The notes: generated by a model not told the origin, from the letters alone. 64,000 nucleotides of DNA from Thermovirgaceae bacterium (GCA_040767805.1 JAXGNU010000006.1:61621-125620), one strand, 5' to 3'; numbered from the stretch's first letter, positions 42,492-52,068 are shown. Program-made: numbers and translations.

Positions 42492-43634
42492 ATGAGCGAC
42501 CCCGTTGTGAACCGGGGTTTCTTCAGCAAGTTCATGGGCTCTTCCTTCTACAAGAAGTTCATCCTTCCCGGCCTTATTTCCCAGTCCGTCGTCATCGCCG
42601 GGGGTTACGGCACGGGCCGTGAACTCGTCGAGTACTTCGGTAACTTCGGCAGCCTCGGCGGCATCCTGGGCATGGCGCTGGTGACCACGGTCCTGTGGGC
42701 CATCGTCTACGCCGTGAGTTTCGAATTCGCCCGGACCTTCAAGGTCTACGACTACCGCAGCTTTTTCAAGGAGCTCATCGGGCCCGGCTGGATGCTCTAC
42801 GAGGTCTGCTACATAATCCTCCTCCTCATCATCCTCGGCGTGGTCGGCGCCACTTCGGGGAGCGTCTTCAAGCAGGCCTTCGGGCTGCCGCCCCTGGTGG
42901 GGGCCGCCCTCTTCCTGGCGGGCGTCGTCACGCTGACCTTCTTCGGCAGCTACGTCATCGAGGTCGCCCTCTCGTGGTGGTCCTTTGTCCTCTACGCCGT
43001 CTTCCTGCTCTTCCTCTTGGTGGGGCTCTCCAAGGTGGGGGGACAGATAAGCGCGAACCTGGCTTCCGGGGACATCCGTGAAGGCTGGGCCCTGGGAGGG
43101 TTCAAGTACGCCTTCTACAACCTCGCTACCCTTTCGGCCGTCCTTTTCGCACTCCGCTCCATCGAGACCAGGAAGGAAGCCTTCATATCGGGGGCGATGG
43201 CGTCGATCCTAACGATCCTCCCGGGCTTCTTCCTCTACCTAGTCCTGATGGGCTTCTACCCCGGCATACTCGAGGTGGAACTGCCGACTTACACCATCCT
43301 GTCCCAGATCGCTCCCTGGCTGCTGCCGATCTTCCTGGTGGTCCTCTTCGGGACGATGATCGAGACGGCCGCCGGGTTCATCCACTCCGTCAACGAGAGG
43401 CTCAACTCTTGGATGGTGGACCGCAAGGGCAAGGAGCTCTCCAACGCCGGCCGCGGCCTTGTCGGCGGAGCGATGGCCCTCATCGGTCTCGGCGTCGCCT
43501 CCTTCGGCCTCATCGGCCTCATCGCCAGGGGCTACGGGACCATCAGCTGGGCCTTCTTCCTCTTCCACGGCGTGGCCCTCTTCACGATCGGCCTGTACAA
43601 GATGAACAAGAAGAAGCCCGGGAGCGCCGCCTGA
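42492..43634 (+). CDS. YkvI-like amino-acid transporter (paralog A)
   Basis: SVVIAGGYGTGRELVEYF; about 10 TM. Confidence 0.85.
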   Translation: MSDPVVNRGFFSKFMGSSFYKKFILPGLISQSVVIAGGYGTGRELVEYFGNFGSLGGILGMALVTTVLWAIVYAVSFEFARTFKVYDYRSFFKELIGPGWMLYEVCYIILLLIILGVVGATSGSVFKQAFGLPPLVGAALFLAGVVTLTFFGSYVIEVALSWWSFVLYAVFLLFLLVGLSKVGGQISANLASGDIREGWALGGFKYAFYNLATLSAVLFALRSIETRKEAFISGAMASILTILPGFFLYLVLMGFYPGILEVELPTYTILSQIAPWLLPIFLVVLFGTMIETAAGFIHSVNERLNSWMVDRKGKELSNAGRGLVGGAMALIGLGVASFGLIGLIARGYGTISWAFFLFHGVALFTIGLYKMNKKKPGSAA

Positions 43635-43766
43635 AGCTCCGGGGAGACGCAACGGACCAGGACCCACCCAGGCCTGGAACAAAAGGAATAGCTTCGGAAG
43701 CGGCCCGGCGACCTGTCCGGGCCGTTTTCCCTTGACGCTGTCCGGTCACAAATTGTCCCCTTTCCC

Positions 43767-43996
43767 TTGACAAGACAGGGGCATTAGTATAGTCTTCCCA
43801 AAACGTCAAGTCTTTCATAATGCACATTTTTAAAAGGGAGGGAGACCGATGGGCGTGGAGAAGGGCTGCTTTGGCCGGCTTATGAGCATTATTATCCTCC
43901 TTTCCGCCTTGGGGTCCCCCTCCTGGCGCGGTTGAGCTGTACTCTTCCGCAGCGAACCGGGATAAGGGGACCCCAAAAGGGGTCCCCTTATTTTTT
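43767..43996 (+). promoter_or_regulatory. Leader cassette 2: promoter plus Ile/Leu attenuator
   Basis: TTGACA-N17-TAGTCT; same scaffold; terminator 43962-43996. Confidence 0.85.
43849..43935 (+). CDS. Leader peptide, Ile/Leu-rich, 28 aa
   Basis: MGVEKGCFGRLMSIIILLSALGSPSWRG; GGAGGG RBS. Confidence 0.85.
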   Translation: MGVEKGCFGRLMSIIILLSALGSPSWRG

Positions 43997-44100
43997 GGGG
44001 GTGATGACCAGGAAGAAGCGGGATGGCCGAGGACTGGAGTGTAGGGAGAATTGTCCTTTGTCTGGAAGGGGCAGAGGGCGAAGAAAAGGAGGGAGTACTT

Positions 44101-44424
44101 TTGGAGAAACGGGAGTATTACAGCAGGGATTACGATTTCGCCGAGATCGAGATTGACCCGAGGTTCCTTCAATGCCGGAAGGAGATGATCATTTCCTTCT
44201 CAACCTGGCTGGCCTTTACCGCTATTTCCATTGCGGTGGCCTATAGCCTGGGGAAAGGCCCCGTGGAAAAGTATAAGTACGTCCTGGGACTCCCGCAATG
44301 GTGGTTCGCCGTAATAGTCGTCTCCGTGGTCTTTACGTTCATCGTCATTTTCCTTTCCCTTTTCGTTTTCCAGGACATGGAACTGTCCGATACCGCCGGG
44401 ACCGGCGGGGAGAAAAAAGGGTAA
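44101..44424 (+). CDS. YhdT/DUF997-like small membrane protein
   Basis: DPRF.QC.KE, GLPQWW, FQDMEL; 2 TM; precedes PanF-like gene. Confidence 0.82.
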   Translation: MEKREYYSRDYDFAEIEIDPRFLQCRKEMIISFSTWLAFTAISIAVAYSLGKGPVEKYKYVLGLPQWWFAVIVVSVVFTFIVIFLSLFVFQDMELSDTAGTGGEKKG

Positions 44425-44454
44425 AACCCTTTCCGCAGGAAGAGGTGACATGGC

Positions 44455-45957
44455 ATGGAATGGGAGTTATCTTCAGCAACCCGTACGGTGATCCTCATAA
44501 CCTTCATCGTTTATTCGATAGCCCTTCTGGTCGTCGGTTTTTATTCAAAGCGGAGGATGGACAAGACCGCCCTGGACAAGTTCGTGGAAGAGTTCTATAC
44601 CGGCGGGCGAGGCATGGGGGCCCTGGTCATCGCCCTCATGATCGCGGCGGGGTTATGCAGCGCCGGTACTTTTCTCGGGGGCCCCGGCCTGGGGTACAGC
44701 GTAGGTTTGACGTGGGTCATGGTGCTTTTCGCCCAGAATTTTATGAATTTCTATATCCTCGGCGAGATCGGGAAAAAAGTGGGCATCGTGGCCCGCCGGA
44801 TAAACGCCCAGTCCTACCTTGATCTTTTCGTCTACCGGTACAACCACAACAAGATGGTGGGGCTGATCGGCGTCGCAGGCATCGTGATCTTCCTGGGCAG
44901 TTATGTCGTGGCGCAGTTCGTCGGCGGCGCCCGCCTCTTCGAGTCAATGACGGGACAGCCCTACTGGCTCGGGCTCACTATCTTCGCCCTGGTGGTGCTG
45001 TTCTACGCGGCCTTCGGGGGCATAAGGGGCGTTTCAGCGGCGATCGTGATCCAGGGGCTCGTTATGACCGCCGCGGTGCTGGCGCTCTTCATCGGGGGGC
45101 TCCGGTTCCTCCTCCCCCTGGAATCGTCGGTGAGAAGCATCGCGGAAATGAATCCGGCGCTGGTAACCCCCTGGACCTGGGCGCCCGGCTACCAGTTCTC
45201 CATGTGGGTGGTTTTCGGGCTCGTGATGATCGGTCTGCCCCACGGAGCCATGGGGTGCCTCGTCTACAAGGACACGAAGGCCATGCACCGGGCCATCGTG
45301 ATCGGCACCATCTTCGTGGTCCTTTGGACCTTCGCCCTGGTCTGGATGGGGCACATGACGAAGGCCGTCTTCCCGAACCTCGCCGTGCCGGACCACGCCA
45401 TCCCCACGCTGGCAATGAGGGTTTTGCCACCCTGGCTGGCGGGCGTCACCCTGGCGGGTGTGGCCGGAGCGATACAGTCGACCATCGGGGCGATGGTCAT
45501 CGTCATCAGTTCGACCCTCGTGAAGGACGCCTACCAGGCCTATATCAACCCCAAGGCTGAACCAGCCAAGCTGAAGAAGGTCACTACCTGGTCAACCGTG
45601 GCGATCTGCGTCGCGATCTTCCTCGGCGCCCTGTTCCCGCCGCACGCCCTGGAATGGATAGTGGTCTTCGCCGTCGGCGGGCTGGCCTCGGCTTTCTTCT
45701 GGCCGCTGATCCTCGGCCTTTACTGGATGAGGACCAACGAGTACGGGGCGGCCGCAGGGATGGCCGGCGGCATGGCGACCTACATCATCGGCGCTGGGAA
45801 GTATCTCCCCATCACTTTCGGGATGAACGCGATCGTGGTCTCGCTGGTGGTCTCCCTGGCCCTGACCGTCGGCATCAGCCTCATGACCCCGAAGACGCCG
45901 AAGGGGATCATCATGACCTGGTTTGGGAGGGAATACCCGAAAAAGGTACCGGCCTAA
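44455..45957 (+). CDS. Sodium:solute symporter (PanF-like)
   Basis: EFYTGGRGMG, SAGTFLGGPG, QFVGGARL. Confidence 0.9.
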   Translation: MEWELSSATRTVILITFIVYSIALLVVGFYSKRRMDKTALDKFVEEFYTGGRGMGALVIALMIAAGLCSAGTFLGGPGLGYSVGLTWVMVLFAQNFMNFYILGEIGKKVGIVARRINAQSYLDLFVYRYNHNKMVGLIGVAGIVIFLGSYVVAQFVGGARLFESMTGQPYWLGLTIFALVVLFYAAFGGIRGVSAAIVIQGLVMTAAVLALFIGGLRFLLPLESSVRSIAEMNPALVTPWTWAPGYQFSMWVVFGLVMIGLPHGAMGCLVYKDTKAMHRAIVIGTIFVVLWTFALVWMGHMTKAVFPNLAVPDHAIPTLAMRVLPPWLAGVTLAGVAGAIQSTIGAMVIVISSTLVKDAYQAYINPKAEPAKLKKVTTWSTVAICVAIFLGALFPPHALEWIVVFAVGGLASAFFWPLILGLYWMRTNEYGAAAGMAGGMATYIIGAGKYLPITFGMNAIVVSLVVSLALTVGISLMTPKTPKGIIMTWFGREYPKKVPA

Positions 45958-46010
45958 GCCGGACGGTGAAGCCATCGCCCGGGCCATTCAAGCAAGGAGG
46001 TTAGTCGTGA

Positions 46011-47612
46011 ATGTATGATCTGCTGGTGAAAAATGCGAAGTTGTACGACGGCTGCGGCGGCCCATGGTTCAAAGGGGACCTCGCGGCCAAGGACGGCAGG
46101 ATCGCCGCGATCGGGAGATTGAAGAACGCCGAGGGCCGCACCGTCATCGATGCCGAGGGGAAGGCCCTTTCGCCGGGCTTCATCGACGCCCATACTCATC
46201 TCGATTTCGTCTGCGCTTCGGTCAACAACGCGGCGAGCAAGGTCACCCAGGGGGTTACCACCGAGATCGCGGGCAACTGCGGGCTCTCGCTCATCCCGGT
46301 GAGGCCCGAGACCATCGAGGAGCTCAAGCGGTACCTGGCCCCCTTCATACCCCAGGACGTGAACCTTTCCTGGAAGTGGAGGTCCCTGGGGGACTGGTTC
46401 GACTGCGTCGATGAAAGGGGCAACTCGACCAACGTGGCCTCCCTGGTCGGACACGGGACCCTCCGGATCTACGCCATGGGTTTCGCCGACAGGAAGCCCA
46501 GCGGGCAAGAGATGGCCGAGATGAAGAGGGCCCTGGCCCAGACCATGGAAGAGGGCGCCCTGGGGCTTTCGACGGGGCTCATCTACCCGCCCGGGTGTTA
46601 CTCGGACACGGATGAACTTTGTGAACTATGCGAGGTCGTCGCTGAACACGGCGGTCTTTACGTGACCCACATGCGGAACGAGGGCCCCGAACTGCTGCAG
46701 TCCGTCGAGGAGGCCCTGGAGATCGGGAGGAGAAGCGGATGCCCGGTGCATATTTCCCATCACAAGTCATCGGGTAGGCAGAATTACGGGCTGGTGTCAC
46801 GATCGCTGCAGATGATGGAGGACGCCCGGGCGGAGGGGATCGACGTTACTTGCGATGTCTATCCCTACACGGCGGGGTCCACCCTCATAAGCAGCCTGCT
46901 CCCCAAGTGGGTCCACGAAGGCGGCGTGGGGCGCATGCTTGAGAGGCTGAAGGACCCCGCGTCCAGGCGGAGGATCGCCGACGAACTGGACCGGGTCATC
47001 CCGGGCTGGGAAAACCTGGCGAAGGGCTGCGGCTGGGAGAACATCCTCATCTGCTCCTGCGAGAAGGAACCGTCCTATGAAGGGAAGACCGTCACGGAGA
47101 TCGCCAACGGGAGAGGCACCTCACCGGAGGAGGCACTCTTCGACGTGATCCTGGAGACCGAGGGCAAGGCCACCATCGCGCTCTTCATGATGGACGAGAA
47201 GGATTGCTCGACGGTCCTCGCCCACCCGCTCTCCATGGTGGGCTCCGACGGGTTCGCCAGTTCTTTCAGCGGGGTCCTTTCCAAGGGCAAGCCCCACCCC
47301 CGTTCCTTTGGAACCTTCCCCCGCGTCCTGGGCAAGTACGTCAGGGAAGAGGGCCTCATGTCCCTGGAAAGGGCCGTCTGGAAAATGACGGGCTTCGCGG
47401 CCCAGCGGTTCGGCCTTAAGGACCGGGGTTTCCTGAGGGAAGGGATGGCCGCCGACTTGGTCGTTTTCGACCCCCTCGAGATCATCGACAACGCGACCTA
47501 CAAGGAGCCCCGTCAACAGGCCGAGGGTATCGATTACGTGATCCTGGGCGGGGAGGTCGTCGTAGACCACAAGGTGTATAACGGGAAAACCCTCGGAAGA
47601 TCCCTGAGGTGA
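46011..47612 (+). CDS. N-acyl-D-amino-acid deacylase (D-aminoacylase)
   Basis: PGFIDAHTH, GNCG, THMRNE, ISHHK, GSDG, HPRSFGTFPR. Confidence 0.92.
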   Translation: MYDLLVKNAKLYDGCGGPWFKGDLAAKDGRIAAIGRLKNAEGRTVIDAEGKALSPGFIDAHTHLDFVCASVNNAASKVTQGVTTEIAGNCGLSLIPVRPETIEELKRYLAPFIPQDVNLSWKWRSLGDWFDCVDERGNSTNVASLVGHGTLRIYAMGFADRKPSGQEMAEMKRALAQTMEEGALGLSTGLIYPPGCYSDTDELCELCEVVAEHGGLYVTHMRNEGPELLQSVEEALEIGRRSGCPVHISHHKSSGRQNYGLVSRSLQMMEDARAEGIDVTCDVYPYTAGSTLISSLLPKWVHEGGVGRMLERLKDPASRRRIADELDRVIPGWENLAKGCGWENILICSCEKEPSYEGKTVTEIANGRGTSPEEALFDVILETEGKATIALFMMDEKDCSTVLAHPLSMVGSDGFASSFSGVLSKGKPHPRSFGTFPRVLGKYVREEGLMSLERAVWKMTGFAAQRFGLKDRGFLREGMAADLVVFDPLEIIDNATYKEPRQQAEGIDYVILGGEVVVDHKVYNGKTLGRSLR

Positions 47613-47669
47613 CACGGAGGGCCTTTCCTGCCGGGTTTTCCTCGTCCGGCGCCGGGATCGGCAAGGCTA

Positions 47670-47900
47670 TTGACAAGGGTTCGACGCTGGTATAAAGTGC
47701 GCTGAAGGCAACACATTTCATAATGCATATTTTCTAAAGGAGGGAACCCGGTGAGTGTAAAGAACGGCTCCTTCGGCCGACTTATAAACATTATTATTCT
47801 CCTTTCCGCCTTGGGGTTCCCCTCCTGGCGCGGTTGAGCCGTACTCTTCCGCAACAAACCGGGATAGAGGGACCCCTTAAAAGGGGTCCCTTTCTTTTTT
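47670..47900 (+). promoter_or_regulatory. Leader cassette 3: promoter plus Ile/Leu attenuator
   Basis: TTGACA-N17-TAAAGT; same scaffold; terminator 47866-47900. Confidence 0.85.
47751..47837 (+). CDS. Leader peptide, Ile/Leu-rich, 28 aa
   Basis: MSVKNGSFGRLINIIILLSALGFPSWRG; AAGGAGGG RBS. Confidence 0.85.
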   Translation: MSVKNGSFGRLINIIILLSALGFPSWRG

Positions 47901-48006
47901 CTATTGAGGAGGTGACGCCGCGGGAAACGACAAGAGTCCATGAGTCGGGAACCACCCGTTCCGATCGGATGGGGAAAAAAGCAAAACCCAGGAGGTGTCG
48001 AGTGAA

Positions 48007-49221
48007 ATGAGAGGTCAAGAAAGGGACCGCGGGTTTTTCAGCAAAATGATGGGTTCTTCCTTCTACAAGAAGTTCATCCTTCCCGGCCTTATATCCCAGT
48101 CCGTCGTCATCGCCGGGGGTTACGGTACGGGCCGTGAACTCGTCGAGTACTTCGGCAATTTCGGCAGCCTCGGGGGCATCCTGGGCATGGCCCTGGTGAC
48201 CACGACCCTGTGGGCCGTGGTCTACGCCGCCAGCTATGAATTCGCCAGGACCTTCAAGGTTTACGACTACCGGGGATTCTTCAAGGAACTTCTCGGGCCG
48301 GGCTGGATGCTCTACGAGGTGTGTTACCTCGTGCTCCTACTTATCGTCCTCGGCGTCGTCGGGGCCGCCTCGGGAAGCATCTTCAAGCAGGCCTTCGGGC
48401 TGCCGCCCCTGGTGGGGGCCGCCCTCTTCCTGGCGGGCGTCGTCACGCTGACCTTCTTCGGCAGCTACGTCATCGAGGTCGCCCTCTCGTGGTGGTCCTT
48501 TGTCCTCTACGCCGTCTTCCTGCTCTTCCTCTTCGTGGGGCTGGCCAAGGTGGGGGGCCAGATAAGCGCGAACCTGGCTTCCGGGGACATCCGGGAAGGC
48601 TGGGCCCTGGGAGGTTTCAAGTATGCCTTTTATAACCTGGGCACCCTCCCGGCCGTACTCTTCGCCCTCAATTACATCGAGACCAGGAGAGAGGCCATCA
48701 TCTCGGGTGTATTGACGTCGGTCCTGACGATCCTCCCCGGTTTCTTCCTCTACCTGGTCCTGATGGGCTTCTACCCCGGCATACTCGAGGCGGAACTGCC
48801 CGCGTACACCATATTGTCCCAGATAGCCCCCTGGCTGCTGCCGATCTTCCTGGTGGTCCTCTTCGGGACGATGATCGAGACGGCCGTCGGCTTCATCCAC
48901 GCCGTGAACGAACGGGTCAACTCCTGGATGGTGGACCGGAGGAACACGGAACTGACCAAGGCCAACCGCGGCGTCCTCGGGGGCGTCATGGGCCTGATCG
49001 GGCTCGGCGTGGCCTCCTTCGGCCTCATCGGCCTCATTGCCAAGGGCTACGGCACCATCAGCTGGGGCTTTTTCCTGCTCCACGGGGTGGGCCTCTTCAC
49101 GATAGGCCTGTACAAGATGAGCAAAAAGGGCGGGAAGGCGTCCGCCCGATCCCGCGGCGAGGGGAGGTTGTCCGCTGATGGATTGGAGATCCCTGGCCGG
49201 GTTGACCGACAGGAATATTGA
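48007..49221 (+). CDS. YkvI-like amino-acid transporter (paralog B)
   Basis: Close paralog of 42492-43634. Confidence 0.85.
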   Translation: MRGQERDRGFFSKMMGSSFYKKFILPGLISQSVVIAGGYGTGRELVEYFGNFGSLGGILGMALVTTTLWAVVYAASYEFARTFKVYDYRGFFKELLGPGWMLYEVCYLVLLLIVLGVVGAASGSIFKQAFGLPPLVGAALFLAGVVTLTFFGSYVIEVALSWWSFVLYAVFLLFLFVGLAKVGGQISANLASGDIREGWALGGFKYAFYNLGTLPAVLFALNYIETRREAIISGVLTSVLTILPGFFLYLVLMGFYPGILEAELPAYTILSQIAPWLLPIFLVVLFGTMIETAVGFIHAVNERVNSWMVDRRNTELTKANRGVLGGVMGLIGLGVASFGLIGLIAKGYGTISWGFFLLHGVGLFTIGLYKMSKKGGKASARSRGEGRLSADGLEIPGRVDRQEY

Positions 49222-50569
49222 AAAAAGCTGCGCCGTCATCGAAGGTGAAGAGAGGGTGATACCCGGGGCCGTGTCGATAAAGTACTTTCCCATGGCCATC
49301 GAAAAGGCCCGGGGCTCCCTCGTCTGGGACGCCGACGGGAACAGGTACATCGACTTCCTGACCAGCGCCGCCGTCTATAACGCGGGCCACTGTCACCCCG
49401 CGGTGGTCCAGGCCGTCAAGGAGCAAGTGGAACGGCTCCAGAATTACACGATGGTCTATTTCTACAACGACCGGCCGGTCAGGCTGGCCGAACTCCTTAT
49501 CTCCACCACCCCCGGGGATGTCCCTAAAAAGGCCGTCTTCGGCTTCTCCGGGTCCGACGGCGTCGACGCCGCCATAAGGGCCGCCCGCGCTTTCACCGGG
49601 AGGAGGAAGATCCTCAGCTTCAAGGGATCCTACCACGGCATGACCACGGCCGCCCTTTCGGTGACGGGCATCGTCAGCGACGAGACCAAGAAGGACGTCT
49701 GCCTCGACCCCCACGTGATCTTCGCCGAGTATCCCGATCCCTACCGCAACTCCTGGGGGATCGACGGCTATACCGATCCCGAAGCCCTTTCGGCCAAGGC
49801 GATGGAGTCCATCGCGGAGCTCCTCGAAAAACACCGGGGCGATGTGGCGGCCGTCCTGATCGAACCCGCCCAGGGTGACGGGGGGATGATCTTCCCCCCG
49901 GGGGAATTCATGGCCAGGCTCAGGGAGGTCACGGAAGGGGAAGGGATAGTGCTCATCGACGAGGAGGTCCAGACCGGAATGGGCCGCAGCGGGCGCTGGT
50001 GGGCCATCGAACACTTCGGCGTGGTCCCCGACCTCATCGTCACCGCCAAGGCGCTGGGCGGCGGGCTCCCCATTTCCGCCGTCGTGGGCAGAGCCGAGAT
50101 CCTCGACGCCGTCCCGTCACCGCTGTTCGCCTACACCCACGCCGGCCACGCCGTCAGTTGCGCTTCGGCGGAGGCGATGATCAAGGTCGTGCGGGACGAG
50201 GGGCTCGCCGCCGCCGCCGAGGAAAAGGGGGAGGTCCTTGCCGACTGGTTCAGGTCGAGGGCCGAGCGGTATCCCTTCATCGGGGACATCCGCCAGAAGG
50301 GGCTGCTTATGGGTGTCGAGGTGGTATCGGACAGGGAAAAGAAGACACCCGACAAGGCCATGGCAATGAAGATATCCTGGGCCGCCTGGGAGAGGGGCCT
50401 CATCCTGATCACCTTCGGAAAACACGGGAACGTGGTGCGGCTGGCCCCGCCGCTCAACATCCCCGACGAACTCCTCCAGGAAGCCCTGGGGATAATGGAT
50501 GCCTCCCTCGAGGACGCGGCGTCAGGAAACGTGCCCGCAGCCATCCTGCCGCTCCTCAAGGGCTGGTAG
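49178..50569 (+). CDS. Class III PLP enzyme, probable amino-acid racemase/Ile 2-epimerase
   Basis: SGSDG, SYHG, IEPAQGDGG, EEVQTGMGR, AKALGGG. Confidence 0.8.
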   Translation: MDWRSLAGLTDRNIEKSCAVIEGEERVIPGAVSIKYFPMAIEKARGSLVWDADGNRYIDFLTSAAVYNAGHCHPAVVQAVKEQVERLQNYTMVYFYNDRPVRLAELLISTTPGDVPKKAVFGFSGSDGVDAAIRAARAFTGRRKILSFKGSYHGMTTAALSVTGIVSDETKKDVCLDPHVIFAEYPDPYRNSWGIDGYTDPEALSAKAMESIAELLEKHRGDVAAVLIEPAQGDGGMIFPPGEFMARLREVTEGEGIVLIDEEVQTGMGRSGRWWAIEHFGVVPDLIVTAKALGGGLPISAVVGRAEILDAVPSPLFAYTHAGHAVSCASAEAMIKVVRDEGLAAAAEEKGEVLADWFRSRAERYPFIGDIRQKGLLMGVEVVSDREKKTPDKAMAMKISWAAWERGLILITFGKHGNVVRLAPPLNIPDELLQEALGIMDASLEDAASGNVPAAILPLLKGW

Positions 50570-50629
50570 CAACAACCCAACTCCTTCTTCTCCATGGGAA
50601 GCGGCCCGGCGACCTGCCCGGGCCGTTTT

Positions 50630-51451
50630 CTACCACCCCACCCCGCCGATGCCGGAGAGGAACGCTCCCAGCCCCTTCCTGTAGGCTTCGCCGGTCAGGA
50701 TGAAGCCCCCGTTGTGGTCGCCTCTTATCTCGAGGAAGTCCTTAGGGCCGGTGACCGCTTCGTAGAGCTTCTCGCCGTGGGAGAAGGGGATGATCTCGTC
50801 GTCGCGGCTGTGGACCACCAGCACCGGGCAGCGGATGCCGCCGAGGATGCTCTCCGTGGGGTACTCGCTTTTCAGGAGGCGGCGGACCGGGAAGAAGCGG
50901 GCGACTTTCTTCGCCATATCAGCGAGAGAGGTAAAACTCGACTCCAGCACCAGGGCCCCCGGAGACTTCTCCAGCGCGACCCGCGCCGCGACGGCCCCCC
51001 CGAGGGACCTTCCGAAGACTACCACGCGATCGCGGGTGTAGCCCCTTTCCACCAGGAAGTCGAAGGCCGCCCTGCCGTCCCGGTAGAGGCCCTCCTCGGA
51101 GGGGCGCCCCTCGCTCTTGCCGTAACCCCGGTAGTCGAAGATGAGGACATCGAGCCCCAGGTCGTGGAATATCATGATCGATTCGAGCCTGTGGGAGATA
51201 TTACCCGCGTTGCCGTGGAAAAAAAGGAGGGCCCTCCCGGAGGGGTCCGCCGCTGGGATGAACCAGCCGTGAAGGCGCACCCCGTCGGAGGCCTCGAAGG
51301 AGATGTTTTCAAAACCAAGGCCGACCCGCGAGGGGGTGGCGGTGATCTCACCCCAGGGCTGGTAGATCATCTTGTCCTGCAGGCAGTATATCCCTGCGCA
51401 GAAGGCCCCGTAAATTATGACGATCCATAAGGCGACCTTGGGCAGGTTCAT
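50630..51451 (-). CDS. Alpha/beta hydrolase
   Basis: FHGNAGN, DYRGYG, GRSLGG. Confidence 0.92.
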   Translation of the reverse strand: MNLPKVALWIVIIYGAFCAGIYCLQDKMIYQPWGEITATPSRVGLGFENISFEASDGVRLHGWFIPAADPSGRALLFFHGNAGNISHRLESIMIFHDLGLDVLIFDYRGYGKSEGRPSEEGLYRDGRAAFDFLVERGYTRDRVVVFGRSLGGAVAARVALEKSPGALVLESSFTSLADMAKKVARFFPVRRLLKSEYPTESILGGIRCPVLVVHSRDDEIIPFSHGEKLYEAVTGPKDFLEIRGDHNGGFILTGEAYRKGLGAFLSGIGGVGW

Positions 51452-52068
51452 GGCCACGAGGCGAGGTCCCGGTAAACCATGGCGTGGGCCAGGAAGGTCA
51501 CGGGTACGGTGATCAGCAGCCCAAGGCCAAGGGGTACGGCCCCAAGGATATTCAATCCAATGACGGAAAGCAGCAGAAGGAAAAGTTCCAGCCCGAGGCC
51601 CCGGGTCATCGCCCAGGAGGCCTTGAAGGCGTCGATGGGCCCCATCCCCCGGTCGATGATCAGGTAGGGCGTGAACTGGAACCGGATGGCTACGTAGACG
51701 CCGGGTACCACGAAAAGGGCCATCCCCACGCTGACGAGGGAGAACAAAAGGAAGGTCCCAACTATGTAAGGGATGACCAGGGGCTTCATCCCCTTCAGCC
51801 GCTCCATGTCGAAGGCGCCCCTGTCCAGGAAGGACAGGCTGACCACGATGATGACCATGGCAGCCAGGCCCCTGAGGGACCAGAGGGCGAGCTCCAGGAA
51901 AAGCCTCGAAGGATCCGCCCCGGCCGGTGGGATCTTTCCCACGAGTGCGCCAAGGATCGCCAGGGGGATGCCCAATACCACCAGTAGGACGATGAAGAAA
52001 AGGGTGTTCCGCCTGAAGGTCCTCCAGCCAAAGGCCAGGGAGTCCCTGATCCGCACCCTGCCGGCCAT
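51448..52068 (-). CDS. Integral membrane protein
   Basis: VPG, SW.MTRG, GLLITVP; multiple TM. Confidence 0.8.
   Translation of the reverse strand: MAGRVRIRDSLAFGWRTFRRNTLFFIVLLVVLGIPLAILGALVGKIPPAGADPSRLFLELALWSLRGLAAMVIIVVSLSFLDRGAFDMERLKGMKPLVIPYIVGTFLLFSLVSVGMALFVVPGVYVAIRFQFTPYLIIDRGMGPIDAFKASWAMTRGLGLELFLLLLSVIGLNILGAVPLGLGLLITVPVTFLAHAMVYRDLASWP

Noticed and set aside
42290..47900. Three near-identical ~90-nt repeats as CRISPR, MITE or T-box
   Set aside because: They lie kilobases apart with no spacers, cas genes or TSDs, and I found no T-box motif. Each has an RBS and an in-frame 28-aa uORF, which fits attenuation.
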